A stretch of DNA of 58,970 nt, filler included, from Catajapyx aquilonaris (GCA_000934665.2; 2 parts of 2 records of this genome joined end to end with filler, not necessarily neighbours in it), one strand, 5' to 3'. Shown: positions 35,638 through 47,750, counted from the whole stretch's first letter. Numbers and translations are program-made. The notes: generated by a model from the sequence alone, not told the origin.

Positions 35638-36602
35638 ATTTTCTAAGTACTAAAAGCTGCAAGATCTGACCTACATCTGGGATCTCATGTAAAACCTGTG
35701 CCACACCCTGCTTTTATGACATTTTGGCCGGACATATTGCTGCATGTCAACTAGTTGATGTCCAGCCATAGTTTGATAACAATGTAAGAGTGTCGAAAGG
35801 CCCAAATTTCGACACCCTTACGTTGTTTTCCTCTTGTTAGAAAATGGCTGAACGCAGCAATGAAAGGAAAGTGAATGTTAATACATTGAACATTTACCTA
35901 CTAGGTCCCGCAATGAAAAAAAAAACAAAAAAAAACACAGAATTGAAAAAGTGAAAACACCCATTTTTCAGTTTCAAAAAAAGTGTTCCTAATTTAGGCA
36001 CCTGCATTTTAATGGGAGGAAAGGTGTAAAAAAACAATTTCTAAATTTGTGAATGCTTTAAATGAAGACTGGCTTATCTGCATGATTAAAATGAAACCTT
36101 TTCCCTATTTGCAAAAAAATTTAATTATGCCGTTGAATAATGACTTGATCAATACAATCATACGAGAACGTTTTAACAGCAGGTAGAACAGATGAGCTAA
36201 CGATTTCTGTGACTTCTTTCTTGAGTTTTCGCAAAATAAATGGGACCGTCAAAATGAGCATGATAGTACTGTAGGGTCAAAATTAGGAACATGACAACTT
36301 GCTACTGTGGCTGCTGGTTCACATCGACAAGTTTCAGCATGATGTCGATACTTTAAAACATGCAAATAAACAGTGTAAGCAACATCATAGGCTAAAATAA
36401 ATTATTGATTAGCATAGCTTAATTGCTGGGAAATGATGGCCAATAATAGCATGTGCTGCAGTCCACCATGCGTTTACAAACAAACTGGTGTCGAAGGTTG
36501 CACAATGCACGGATGTTTACATCAGTGCTTCCAGCCAAGCTTCCAGCTCACCAATTGTCTTTGTGACATTTTACCACTGTCACTGGCAATTTGCAACACA
36601 TT

Positions 36603-36956
36603 TGTTTTTTGTTTTTTGTTTTTTTTTACGATACCCCATGATAAGGCTGAGCCTTTTTAGGGGGGTGGAATACCACCATTACTCTCCAATTTTCCTTTAA
36701 CTTCATCACCGGTGCAAGGAGACAAGGATGTAGGGTAGGGATAGGGATTTTTGGGGAGGGAACATGGGTGCAAGCGCAAGATCTGTAAAGGGGTCATGTG
36801 CTGTTCCCCAGGAGGTTAGGTTGCCAGACACCTCCTTGGTACAGGTCAGAGACCCTCCCGACGCAGGTGAAAGGAAAGTTCCCCAGGCGGGGATCGAACC
36901 TGGGGCCTTTCACTCAGCAAGCCGTGACATTACCATCACGGCCACCACACCTCCCC
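36603..36956 (-). mobile_element. tRNA-derived SINE with a distinct head and a body shared with the 30731 copy
   Basis: 16-bp TSD CAATTTGCAACACATT, B box GGTTCGATCC on the minus strand, A-rich tail. Confidence 0.85.
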
Positions 36957-37479
36957 CAATTTGCAACACATTACCATTGAGATAGCATGGTGGTCGGAAT
37001 TACGCACATGGTCGAAATATGGACCCCTTCCCCTATATTTTACTTGGGGACCATGGTCGTCTTGAATTACTATTGCAGAACGGAAGTATGCTGCTGCGTT
37101 TGTGTGAGCCTGTAGTGTAAGTGTGGACATTATACCTTTAAGCTGGCAGTGTAATAGGTAGTTAAGGATTTTCATCATCTCTCAGGGAGTCCTCATGAGT
37201 TACGTTTTGGTCTTAAACTTTTGCACACTACTATAGATCTTATTAGACTTCTGTGGGCTTGACCAGAACATTACCCCAGGTTTTACCCCCAAGAAATTGC
37301 CCACGGTTGGATTAAAGATTCTCTGTAACCCTGGCTCTATCACCCCCTTCCCTAACTCAAGTTTACAAAGGAAACATATAAGTGCTAATGCCAAAGCAGT
37401 AGTCAAAGGCACTTGGTCAACAAAGCTTGAAATACTCATCATGTTTAACTAAGATCCATGTGTTCTACCAACATTTCAG

Positions 37480-38275
37480 AATTCATCGCAGGAAGAAATT
37501 CCAGTGTGAGTTTTGTGGGCGTCGATTTTTGCAACAACGTAATCTGGAGCAGCACCTGGTTTCCCATGGGAAGGTACAGCCACACCAATGTGAGACCTGT
37601 GGAAAAGGGTTTGGGACTAAGCCACTTCTGGAGAAGCATCATAACTCCACACATGCAACCAAACACGCATTCACATGTGAACCATGTGGTGAGACCTTTC
37701 CACAAGAGCCACAATTTCAGAGGCATATGCACCGCCATGAGGAGGAGTTGCAATGCCAAACATGTCATTTGTTTTTAAAGGACTTGCCATCCCTGGAGCA
37801 GCACATGGAGAAGCATGACTTGTTAAAAAACGCATCACTACATGAATGCTCACTGTGTAAGAGGCTGTTTGAAACTAAAGAAGGCCTTGCTAGTCATATT
37901 AGTCGCATTCATAGTAAATCAATATGGCAGTCTTTTACTTGCCCCACATGTAGCTGTTCATTTACAAACGAGTTGCAATATCTTGCACATGTGGAGAGTT
38001 GTTGTGTACCTGTTGTGATTGAGGGTGATCAGGAGGAAATCGTGCCAATGCAGAGTTTCCAGATGGTGCTTGAGGAGGATCCAGGTAATGATCCATTGTT
38101 ACATGGCATTAATTGGATCATCCCAGAGAAAATAATTATTCCAAACAAGGTCAACCCATTGCCAGAGGAGATTATTCAGGAAGGGGAACAGTATATTGAA
38201 CCTTTTGCTGTAGAGCAGGGAACCGATGACTTGCCAAAGACATACGTAGTCTCATGTTCATATGGAATTGAGTGA
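37480..38275 (+). CDS. C2H2 zinc-finger protein, last coding exon (about six fingers plus acidic tail)
   Basis: catttcag acceptor in phase 2 completes HFR-IH. Contains CEFC, CETC, CEPC, CQTC, CSLC and CPTC fingers, with TGA ending at 38275. Confidence 0.92.
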
Positions 38276-38378
38276 ATGGGGATCATTTGTATTTAATGTT
38301 ACGGTGTATGTTGATGTTAAATACCCAGTGACTATTTGTATAACTGTTCCAGCTACGGTCGAGGAGTGTTTGTATATA

Positions 38379-38905
38379 CAGGGTGCAAATGAATTCAGGG
38401 GACAAACTTGTAGGGGTAATAGAGGGGACCAAGACTAACATATGCGACATAGGAAACCGTGTCCGGAAACGCCATCTAGAGGGGGTTCATAGACAAGGAA
38501 CGTGTGCGCTCAGACACGTCAGTCTGGCGGCGTTAGCGAGCATACCGTTTAGTTGCTAGGTGGCGCATGGATTGTACACAACTTTACAATTCGCCATAAC
38601 GTGCCAACAACAGAATTGTTGTTTATTATCTGCGCGCTACCTAGCATGCTGACTTTAGTTGTCAGATGGTTCTGTTGTTACCAGGTTATTGTGAATTGCG
38701 AAGTTCTGTACAATCCGCGCGCCATCTAGCAACTAAATGGTCCGCTCGCTAATGCCGGCCGCCTGACGCGTCTGAGCGCACCCGTTCCTTGTCTATGAAC
38801 CCCTCTAGATGGCGTTTCCGGACACGGGTTCCTATGTCAAAAATACTTGTATTGGTCCCCTCTATTACCCCTACAAGTTTGTCCCCTGAATTCATTTACA
38901 CCCTG
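38379..38905. mobile_element. Tc1/mariner-type foldback MITE, family A, just 3' of the zinc-finger stop
   Basis: TA|CAGGGTGCAAATGAATTCAGGGGAC ... GTCCCCTGAATTCATTTACACCCTG|TA. Confidence 0.9.
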
Positions 38906-39083
38906 TATATACAGGTCTGGAAACTTGCCCTCTTATTGCATGGATCTTAGTCCCACCTGCTCGCTGATGCACTAAATTGAGGAGCGACACCCCTACACTG
39001 CGGCAAAAATAATTGCTATTATTCAGAACGGATTATGAGAACGTGGATGCGAACAGGCCCTAGTGCAAATAAGTAACGAACAG

Positions 39084-39421
39084 GGAGGAATGGTGGTCTA
39101 GCGGTTACGCCGCTGGCCAGCCAAGCGGGAGGCCGGGGTTCAAATCCCGTCCCCGTCACCTCTGCTTGGCCGGGTCTTTTTCCGCTTTTCACCCGACATG
39201 CCGGAGCAGAATTGCACTCCCTTCTCTGCTCGGGGCCAGGAGAAAAGGTCTGGTGTTTAAGAGGGTCTGCAATGACTAGAAACTACATGAGAGCGCCCTC
39301 CCTTGGGAAGCTCCCCTTCCCCATAAGCCCGTGGACCAGGGCGTTGCGACGAAAACTGTATGTACAATTGCAAAATAAATAAAGGTCCGTGTAATACCTC
39401 GAAAGAGGTCCGCACTACCCA

Positions 39422-39490
<69 letters not shown>
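39084..39490 (+). mobile_element. tRNA-derived SINE (family B), full length
   Basis: A box TGGTCTAGCGG, B box GGTTCAAATCC, (ATT)n tail, perfect 17-bp TSD AAATAAGTAACGAACAG. Confidence 0.92.
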
Positions 39491-39492
<2 letters not shown>

Positions 39493-40327
39493 ATAAGTAA
39501 CGAACAGACCATGCCTACTAGATTTGAATTGGCGGTTTGGGAGTCTTGATTTGCTGTGTTCTGCCACCAGATTCGCTGTATGCCGACTTGGACATAAAGT
39601 AACTAAAGGAACGAGCCAAGTGCCGAAACTAAAGTCTAGCGGCACCCCACCAAACTACCAATATGCCGATCTAAGGTCATGGGGGTCTGAGTGGGTAACC
39701 TACCGGTATATGAAAAAAACGGAGTTGCAGTGGGGTGGTTCCTGCTCTTGAAGCTGTCACAAAAAGAAAGAAAAAGTTCGTAAATTCTTCAATGAATTCC
39801 CTGGAGATTGAGCCACCACCGTCGACTCAATGGATATGGAATGACCCTTCCTGTACCTTCTTGCCCCAGTGCAGAAGTTTTTGCCCCATGATATAAATAT
39901 TCAGTGGTGGAATTGGGATAAAAATGCATTTATATCGTTGAGGTGAAGTGGTTTGGAAATCATGTGCAAATTTGATAAACATAATAATAGATCTGAGGTT
40001 GATTTTATTTTGTTATTTCGAATCATGATGATAAATGATGAGTCAAATGAAGCTGAGGAGTTGGCTATGAACTAGGTATCTGCAATATTAATTACTTCAC
40101 TAGCCTTTAATTAGTTACTTTGTTTACACTGTTGAAAATAATTATTGTTTGCCAGTGTGATGATCAGTTCCTAAGATTAATTATTACTGCCATTACTGGT
40201 AAACTATCATGAGGTAATTTCTTATGTGTGTGATGTCATCCTTACAGTGACCAACTTCAGTTTTAATCAGAACACTACTAAAGGAAGGGATTTAATATTG
40301 ACCATCCCACATTAGAGAATACATGCT

Positions 40328-40376
40328 TGTGTGACTGTATTCCTCCACTGGTGCAGTGGAGGAATACAGTCACACA
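40328..40376. repeat. Perfect hairpin, 23-bp stem and 3-nt loop
   Basis: TGTGTGACTGTATTCCTCCACTG gtg CAGTGGAGGAATACAGTCACACA. Confidence 0.92.
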
Positions 40377-41542
40377 GGTGCTGGCGGTGCAGGATTTGGG
40401 ATCTATTTTTTTGTGGAGTTCTTGTTGTGCCCCTAAGCATGTGCCCCATTCCATAACTACTGCTATAGCAGCCCCCTAGTTCTTCCAGCCTAGCCCTCTG
40501 TTGACAGTAGTCAAATATGACAGTCTCCGCCAGGCGGGGAATACGGCGCTACCCCCCACCCCCCATAGGAATCTCCTAGGGGGTCAGTTCAGGTTGGCCG
40601 TTTTCTGAACCAACCCAAACCATCCTTTCCTCAGAGGGCTCAAATGGCTAGGCAGGTGTGCCAGATGTTGCCTTTTTGCTGTACAGCATAAGTACATTTT
40701 GGAAGTTGTCATTTTAGAATGTGGGGGTTGGAGGTAATGTATTCACAAAGGTCAAAAATGTGATTATGTAATACTTAGGTGGTCTGTTATCTCCACAAAA
40801 TTCTGAAAACCCTTGTAAAAAAATAAACCATTCTCTATAAAAAAAAAATTTATGTACAGAGAACAAATGTATGCTGGCATGGAAGAACGTTGCAAATGAT
40901 TCTTGGCAACTTTTCAGGAGACGTGTTTTTCTGCTGAGGATCCCATGCAAAGTGAATGCACGCTTGCTAGAATGTCCGACTTTTTCTCAGCTAAATCAAC
41001 GGATAGCGGTGCGTGGATTATACCGTTCAAACCAGCTGGTCATTTGCTACCTGTCTACAGTGTCAACTCAAAACAGCCAAAATGACACTTACAACGTTGT
41101 TCCATGCCAGCATTCAAATGCGCTTTCATTTTCTCATGAGATGCTGTTGAAAGTTTTTTTGTTTTTTGTTGTTTTTTTTGTTGCCACACAGAAAATGACA
41201 TGCTATTTTAATATTACATGCACCTGCATGTACCCATGTACAGTACTTTGCGGTGTCATCCAAGGTGCCATGACATGACATGAGTCCTTACCTGCAATGT
41301 TATCAGAGTGCCAGGAAATAAAAATTTGCATACAGATAGTTGGCTGTGACTGGTCCATCTGCAGTTATTAGCGTTTTACCTACTATGGGCCAAACTAGTG
41401 CTGCTCAAGTCTGGGTAATGTGTTTTCATTGATGGAGCATCTGCAAGTTTTCAACAATGGATGATGCAGGGAGATTCCAGACTGGGGCTTACATTTTTCC
41501 ACAAAATTTCCCAAAGGACTTAGTAAAGTAATGGCAAATGTA

Positions 41543-41826
41543 ACCGAAGCAGGTTGGCATAGTGGATAAGGCGTCCGACTGCTAATCGGGAGGTCCTGGG
41601 TTCGAGTCCCGGGGCCGGCATCTCTGACCGTGGTTTTCTGTGGTTTCCCACGGTCCTTCCAGGAAAATTCCGGAGTTGCTTTCGTAATTAATAGGCCACA
41701 GCCGCTTCCTTCCGTCCCTATCCTATCCCAATGAGCACAGTAAAATGAAAGCAAAGAGTTCCAGGCAAAACAAACTTCCCCCCTAAAGAGCCGATGGCTG
41801 ATAACGGGGTATGAATTATTATTATT
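41543..41826 (+). mobile_element. tRNA-derived SINE (family A), full length
   Basis: A/B boxes, ATT tail, 15-bp TSD GTAATGGCAAATGTA. Confidence 0.92.
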
Positions 41827-42062
41827 GTAATGGCAAATGTAGCAGGGATGACTACACTTCGCAAATAATGCTAAGACCCATTGTTAGCAGCTCAGACATA
41901 AGCTGTCCTGCTGTAAACATATTTTTGGTCGGATTTTGGCTTTGTATTTACAAAGCCAAAATTCTACCAAAAATATGTTTTTGCAGCAATGTATTTGCAG
42001 CAATAAATTGTTTGTAATGCAACCAAAGCATAGGATATAGGCTACAGAGTATGACCACCGAC

Positions 42063-42114
<52 letters not shown>

Positions 42115-42435
42115 TATTATTATTATTATTATTATTATTATAATCCGGGGTAGTGCTTGACCTCATCTGAGGCATGCAGCACGGACCTTTATTTATTATG
42201 GTAAGTATACATTGGAGCCTTTATACGAAACGCCCGGGCCCACGGGCAGGATGACAGGAGGGGATCGATGTGCAAGGTGCAGGGCAATGTCTTAATGTGG
42301 CCATTTTTAGTGAATTCCCCCGGGTGGTTTAATCTGTGGAAATACCACCCGAGACGAAGCCAGAGGTACCCTGAACTCTGCACGAGATGAAGGGGCTGTC
42401 CCCGGGTTGGGATCGAACCCGGGACCTTAACATCC
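42063..42435 (-). mobile_element. 5'-truncated SINE (family C) with an (AAT)n/(ATT)n tail
   Basis: Homologous to 32686-33017 and 46435-46779. The head is cut at 42435. Confidence 0.8.
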
Positions 42436-42588
42436 AGTGCAGTGGTTGGAACAGTCTTTTATTTCTTTAGTACAGGAAGGCTATAGTATGTTGTTTGATG
42501 CTACTATGAGTGCAGTGGTTGGAACAGTCTTTTATTTCTTTAGTACAGGAAGGCTATAGTAGCCTATGTTGTTTGATGTTACTATGAG
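42436..42588. repeat. Two-copy ~73-bp tandem duplication
   Basis: AGTGCAGTGGTTGGAACAGTC... starts at both 42436 and 42509. Confidence 0.9.
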
Positions 42589-43019
42589 AAGTGATGATCA
42601 TTTTATAGTAATGATGATTTTTACCTCATTAGAAGAAACAGATCCTTTGTAGATTTCTGGCTTTTTGAATGTACAATAGTATTTAAATTATGTTAAATAT
42701 TATTATTTCATGAATATGACATGTATTGTGCGATGAAGCAGGGAGATCTGGGAGCACATGATGATGATAATCTGGGTATCTCTTGACCCCTTTGGGGCTG
42801 TGCACCCAGTGGAGAGTGGACCTTTATTACATTGTTACAATGTCAGAACCTTTTGAGTGGCATCCAGGCCCATGAGTGAGAGAGGATGGTGCAGGTGCAA
42901 CATCAGAAAGGGCCATTTTAGTGCACTCCCCTGGGTTGATAGTGTAACATCTAACTGAAATCCTACCCACGACGAAGCTGGAGACAGTCATATGCTGCAC
43001 TATATGAAGAAAGGACAGA

Positions 43020-43236
43020 GGATGACACTGTGGCGTAGTGGTTAGTGCCACAGCCTTCCACCTCTGCGGTCCCGAGTTCGATCCCCGGATCGGATAGAGG
43101 ATACTTATGTGGATAGAGTTTCAATGGGTTCTCTCCGTGTTCGCGTGGGTTTTCTCGGGGTTCTCCCGTTTCCTCCCACAATCAAAATCCATCACAGCGC
43201 AGGCAACCGGTACAGGAAAAGATGATCCCCTAAGAC
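43020..43236 (+). mobile_element. tRNA-derived SINE with a V-domain-like core
   Basis: TGGCGTAGTGG A box, GAGTTCGATCC B box, then GTTCTCTCCGTGTTCGCGTGGGTTTTCTCGGGGTTCTCCCGTTTCCTCCCACA. Confidence 0.82.
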
Positions 43237-43239
43237 AGT

Positions 43240-43950
43240 GGTTTCCTGCACATCCAACCAGAACTTCGTCAATTCTCCATCTTGAAATTTATCTTTCAAT
43301 GTGCGATCGCAGGGATCGCAGCGTAAATCAATGAGCTGCTCTCTTTCATAAGTAGACACAGTTTTATCCTTGAAAACTCGCTGAAGAGATTTCGAACCTA
43401 TTCGACGTGTGCTATGTACGAAATATTTCTCGAAACCCTCCTTTACTATTTGCAAGTGTGATGTACACTGTAAACCGCGAAACGTTTAAAGAGCATCACT
43501 GGTGAGTCTCTCATGGAACATCAATTTTTAATGCTCTTCTCAGAATGTTCTGCTAATGCTCTTGTGATGCTTTTAGCAACAAAAAAGCATCAGAGGAGCA
43601 TTAAAAATTGATGTTCCATGAGAGACTCACCAGCGATGCTCTTTTAATGTTTTGCGGTTTACAGTGTAGAGGTGACTCGCTCTTGAACTTTGCGCCACTG
43701 TCCTAGCTCTTGCAGACGATGAAACATTTCAAATGATGATTGCTCCACTTTTTTTTGCTGCCAGCCAGAGTTCGAGTTTTAATAAAAATGCACTTAATTT
43801 TTTTCATGCGATGAAATTATTTTCATTGATTTGACCCCCTTGCGGAGAAGTGTTGAGCACATTCAGCTCCTCAAACATATCCGCAAAATATGCCAGCTAA
43901 GTTAACACAGTCATTTTTAATAATTGCATCTGCTTCTCCTGGATAGCTTC
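43240..43950 (-). pseudogene. hAT (Buster/Charlie, ZBED5/FAM200-like) transposase fragment
   Basis: The minus strand reads LAYFADMFEELNVLNTSPQG...KLSAFLLKLELW and FEKYF...EQLIDLRCD...KFWLDV, with stops. Split by the MITE at 43466-43666. Confidence 0.8.
43466..43666. mobile_element. CACTG-ended, TA-flanked palindromic MITE, copy 2
   Basis: TA|CACTGTAAACCGC ... GCGGTTTACAGTG|TA. Confidence 0.82.
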
Positions 43951-44893
43951 GCTCCTTTAGTGCAGCTAGATTGGCTCCGTGTAGCGGGGCTTCCGCGGAT
44001 AGAGGACAGCGTGATGGCGAACGTTGCTAGATTTATCTCGACGAACTATATGGCTCAAACCGTGGCTCAAACATAAAACTCGTACGCAGTGTTCACTCAT
44101 TTTTTATTCTTAAATTATTCATTATTGCGCATCAATTGCAAAAACAAACAAAAGTTGACCCAAAGGCTTGTGATCCGCCGCGCCGCGCCGGTTGGAAACC
44201 ACGGTCCTAAAGGAAGCCTATCACAGGGTATCCACCACCATCATCATTATTATATTATGAGGAAAGGGAACCTGGGCTTGGGAATGGGATCAAACCTGGA
44301 ACCATTCTATCTGTGGGCATGGGTGTTACCACCTCGCCACTCGGCCTCCTACTTCAATGATTCGATATAAGTAGGCTATTGCTTGTGTTACTGATATAAA
44401 GAGTACTAGATTGATTGGAGGAGACTCGGAAATGTCCAGGGAATGTCATTTCTCTTTATTGCCATTTCCCTCTGTTTGTACTTTATAATTTTTACATCCA
44501 AAAACCATGTTAAATTTTTTGTTTTGCAAATCCATCATTAGGCTATCATTTACTCAATGTGTTAAGAAGGTCAATTGTCACATTAACAAAAATCCAGTGT
44601 TCATACTGAACATTTGTATGGAACAGCGGGACATGTGACATTCCCGAATACCGTACTGAATATACAACGTACTGGTACTATTGATAGCTGGAAGTAGGCC
44701 TACGTGTTTGGATTGAATGGACATTGAATCACAATTTTATTTCCGTGAGGGTGTTCACAAAATTTGCAAGATGCTAGCAGGCACCCATCCCACTTGAATG
44801 AGCCCGCCAACGCCGAACACGTTCACGACCACTGCCTAACCACGGCGCAGAAAACGCGACATGAAAGCTGGCTCCACGTTGCTCACACTTCCA

Positions 44894-45447
44894 GTCACGT
44901 GACGTTAGAAAAGTTCAGTTGGCACTAATTTTTTCTCTCTCTTTTCGAGGGGGGTCGTAGCATGGTGGGGGCGAGAGGAGGTGGTCAACCGAAAGTATAT
45001 CGTGCAACATTGCCACCACCTCCAGATGACCCGCTCCAGACGACCATGAAATGCCAAGGCCAAACATGCCGGCAAGAACCACACATGAAAGTGTGTAGTT
45101 TTCATGCCGGCTTATATCCTCGCCACAGTAAATGGTTACAAAACAAAGACAATCACATCTGTCCGTGTATGAGCGGCATCAATGTACTTCGGCATGGTCC
45201 AACTCCATGCTGACCCAATGTCCATTTCTACGCTTGCGCAACCGACCATCTTGTGTCCTCCTGACCCTGATTGGCCCTCCTGCCCCGTGGGTGCTCCCCA
45301 TTGGCTCCCCTCGTGTGCTCCTTATGCCCCAATATGCCTGCTGCCCCCAACCCCATCTACTCTTCCCCCTCGCTTATCCCACGCCTATCTCTCGTAGCCT
45401 TTTTTTAGTCGCCTCACTTCTGAACTGGGACGCCGTATGGGAGCACC
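44894..45447 (+). promoter_or_regulatory. Probable Tudor-SN promoter/5' UTR region
   Basis: GC/CpG-richer and free of obvious TEs. Contains GTCACGTGAC (44894-44903), an Inr-like TCAGTT (44915-44920), two ATTGG (inverted CCAAT) boxes at 45270 and 45300, and a pyrimidine tract ending at 45408 before the ATG. Confidence 0.5.
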
Positions 45448-45495
45448 ATGACCTCCAGCTCGCCGCCTCAACTCAACTACGGGATCGTCAAGCAG
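45448..45495 (+). CDS. Tudor-SN: Tudor-SN first coding exon (MTSSSPPQLNYGIVKQ)
   Basis: Kozak-like CACCATG, CAG|gtacgt donor. GIVKQ joins VLSGD. Confidence 0.88.
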
Positions 45496-46434
45496 GTACG
45501 TGTTACTGGCATGGTGTTGGACTGTGATCGCGCACGTTGTTTGGGATGCTGTTGGGTATATGACCGGCGAAGAGCGAGGTCCCGTTACGCCTGGCCTCGT
45601 GGCTTCTCCAATGCTGCCACGAGGGCGAAAATGGCCTCCCGTTCATCCCCCTCCATCTCATTTTCTAGATTTTAAATAAAAGACTATTGATGAGCTGAGT
45701 GTGGCCTAGTGCTGAGGCCTGTCGACCGGCATATATGCGTGATTTTAAAATGGTCGTCAGTGTATATGCATTTAATGCGATGTGTTACCTGAGTCCCCTT
45801 CATCACAGACTACTGTCATTTTTAGGGAAATATGACGCTGATTAAATTGGTGGGGATTGACAATTAGGACAGTGGATATTGCAAATGGAGTAGAAATGTT
45901 GGCATGGGGTTGTAACAGTAAGCACTAGGGACATGCATTATGGACACAAGGGAAGAAGGCTGTCAGATTTGGGGGGAGTAATTTATGGATGATATAATGG
46001 GTGACAATATAAGTGGAGGAAAAATCCATGCCAAAAATGGATGGATTTATTTGCCGATTTATTGTAATTTTGAGGTATGTGGGTAGTTGAAGTGGCAGCT
46101 AGCTCTTGACATACGGCTGCAGTAAATAGTATTTGAACTTGTACTGATGAAGATGATAGTCGACCTATTTTTCACTACTTGCTGCACTGCCAAGTATTTT
46201 AGCATTTTATTACTGATTATGCCAGTTAACCCCTTGGGCCTCAGGCCTTGTTTCCCCCGAGTGCCATCGACTGGGGCCGAAGGTGTTAATGTATATTTAA
46301 AATTCTGCCAATCACTGTAGTTATAGCTTTTAAGAAGTGTTCAAGACTTGGCTACAGTTACAGCTTGCAGAAATCTAAAGGTGATGCGTCACGGTGAACA
46401 TAGAATAATGTGACTTCATATTTTAAATTTTGTA

Positions 46435-46779
46435 GATGATGATAATCGTGGGGGTAGTGCTTTCACCTTGTCGGTATCTTGCACAGACCTTTATTGTTAG
46501 TCATTCGTACATTACGTACGCATACATATCGGAACCATATTTGTGAACCGCCTGGGCGTACAGGTGGGATGACAGGAGGGGATGTGCAAGGTGCAGTGCA
46601 ATGTCCTTGCCGTGGTCATTTTGTAAACTCCCCCAGGTGGTTTGTCTTAATGGAGATACCGCCAGAGATGGCCATGAACTCTGTATGAGATGAAGGGGGT
46701 ATCCCCGGGCTGGGATCGAACTCGGGACCTTAACATCCGTGGGCGCATACGTTCCCGCAGCGCCACTCCGCCTCCCTTG
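46435..46779 (-). mobile_element. tRNA-derived SINE (family C)
   Basis: Homologous to 32686-33017, TSD AATTTTGTA. Confidence 0.85.
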
Positions 46780-46861
46780 AATTTTGTACATATCCATCAA
46801 TCTGGGAGATTGGGCATTTTATTAACTCTTTTAGTTGCATGGTTTCTGCTTTAGCTTGAGA

Positions 46862-46938
<77 letters not shown>

Positions 46939-47143
46939 TTTTATTCATCTGTGGGGTCAACCACCCTTTTGCAGGGGAGAAGCACCTATACATACAACAA
47001 CTTAAGAGTCCTTACACAACCTATTTACAATCATTGACCTTTATATACCTGTCAGACTATTCAACAAAACCAGCACCGCTTGAGAAATTAAATCATTTTC
47101 ATTACAATCAGATGAAAAACAGCTGGATTAAATCCAACCATTT

Positions 47144-47675
47144 ACCGAAGCAGGTTGGTGTGGTGGTTAAGGAGTCCGACTGCTAATCGGGAGGTCCTGG
47201 GTTCGATTCCCGGGGCCAGTGATCCTGACCGTGGTTTTCTGTGGTTTTCCACGGTCCCCACAGGTTAATTCCAGGGTCGCTTCCGCGTGATAGGCCACAG
47301 CCTCTTCCTTCCCTATCCTTGGCTCCATCCAATGGTGGTATTCCACCCACCTAATGGAGTGATAATAATAATAATAATAATAATAATAATGGATACCCCG
47401 TGATAGGCCCCTTGAACCTCTTAGGGGATCATCTTTTGAATAACCGACTTTAATCATTTGCCTGTAATGTGATGGATTTGGATGGTGGGAGGAAACGGGA
47501 GAACCCCGAGAAAACCCACGCGAACACGGAGAGAACCCATCGAAACTCTATCCACATAAGTATCCTCCGTCCGATCCGGGGATCGAACCCGGGACCTTAG
47601 AGCTGGAAGGCTGCGGCGCTAACCACTCGGCCACCGTGTCGCCCTCCCCTAATGGAATGCCGATTTTCCCTATGG

Positions 47676-47723
<48 letters not shown>

Positions 47724-47750
47724 TAATAATAATAATAATAATAATAAATA
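47144..47750 (+). mobile_element. SINE family A interrupted by an antisense V-domain-like SINE
   Basis: ACCGAAGC head at 47144. The tail resumes after 47659 and ends in (TAA)n. Confidence 0.8.
47362..47647 (-). mobile_element. tRNA-derived SINE with a V-domain-like core, nested
   Basis: The reverse complement matches 43020-43236. ~12-bp TSD CCTAATGGA(G/A)TG. Confidence 0.82.

Noticed and set aside
39990..40260. C/D-box-like TGATGA and CTGA motifs as snoRNAs
   Set aside because: No terminal stem or recognisable rRNA guide complementarity, and such motifs are expected by chance in AT-rich DNA.
42436..42588. Direct repeats as a CRISPR-like array
   Set aside because: Only two adjacent copies, no spacers, and a eukaryotic context.
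44835..44841. CCTAACC, complementary to the insect TTAGG telomere repeat (telomerase RNA template idea)
   Set aside because: A 7-mer occurs by chance and recurs elsewhere in the window. No supporting promoter, pseudoknot or terminal motifs were identified.
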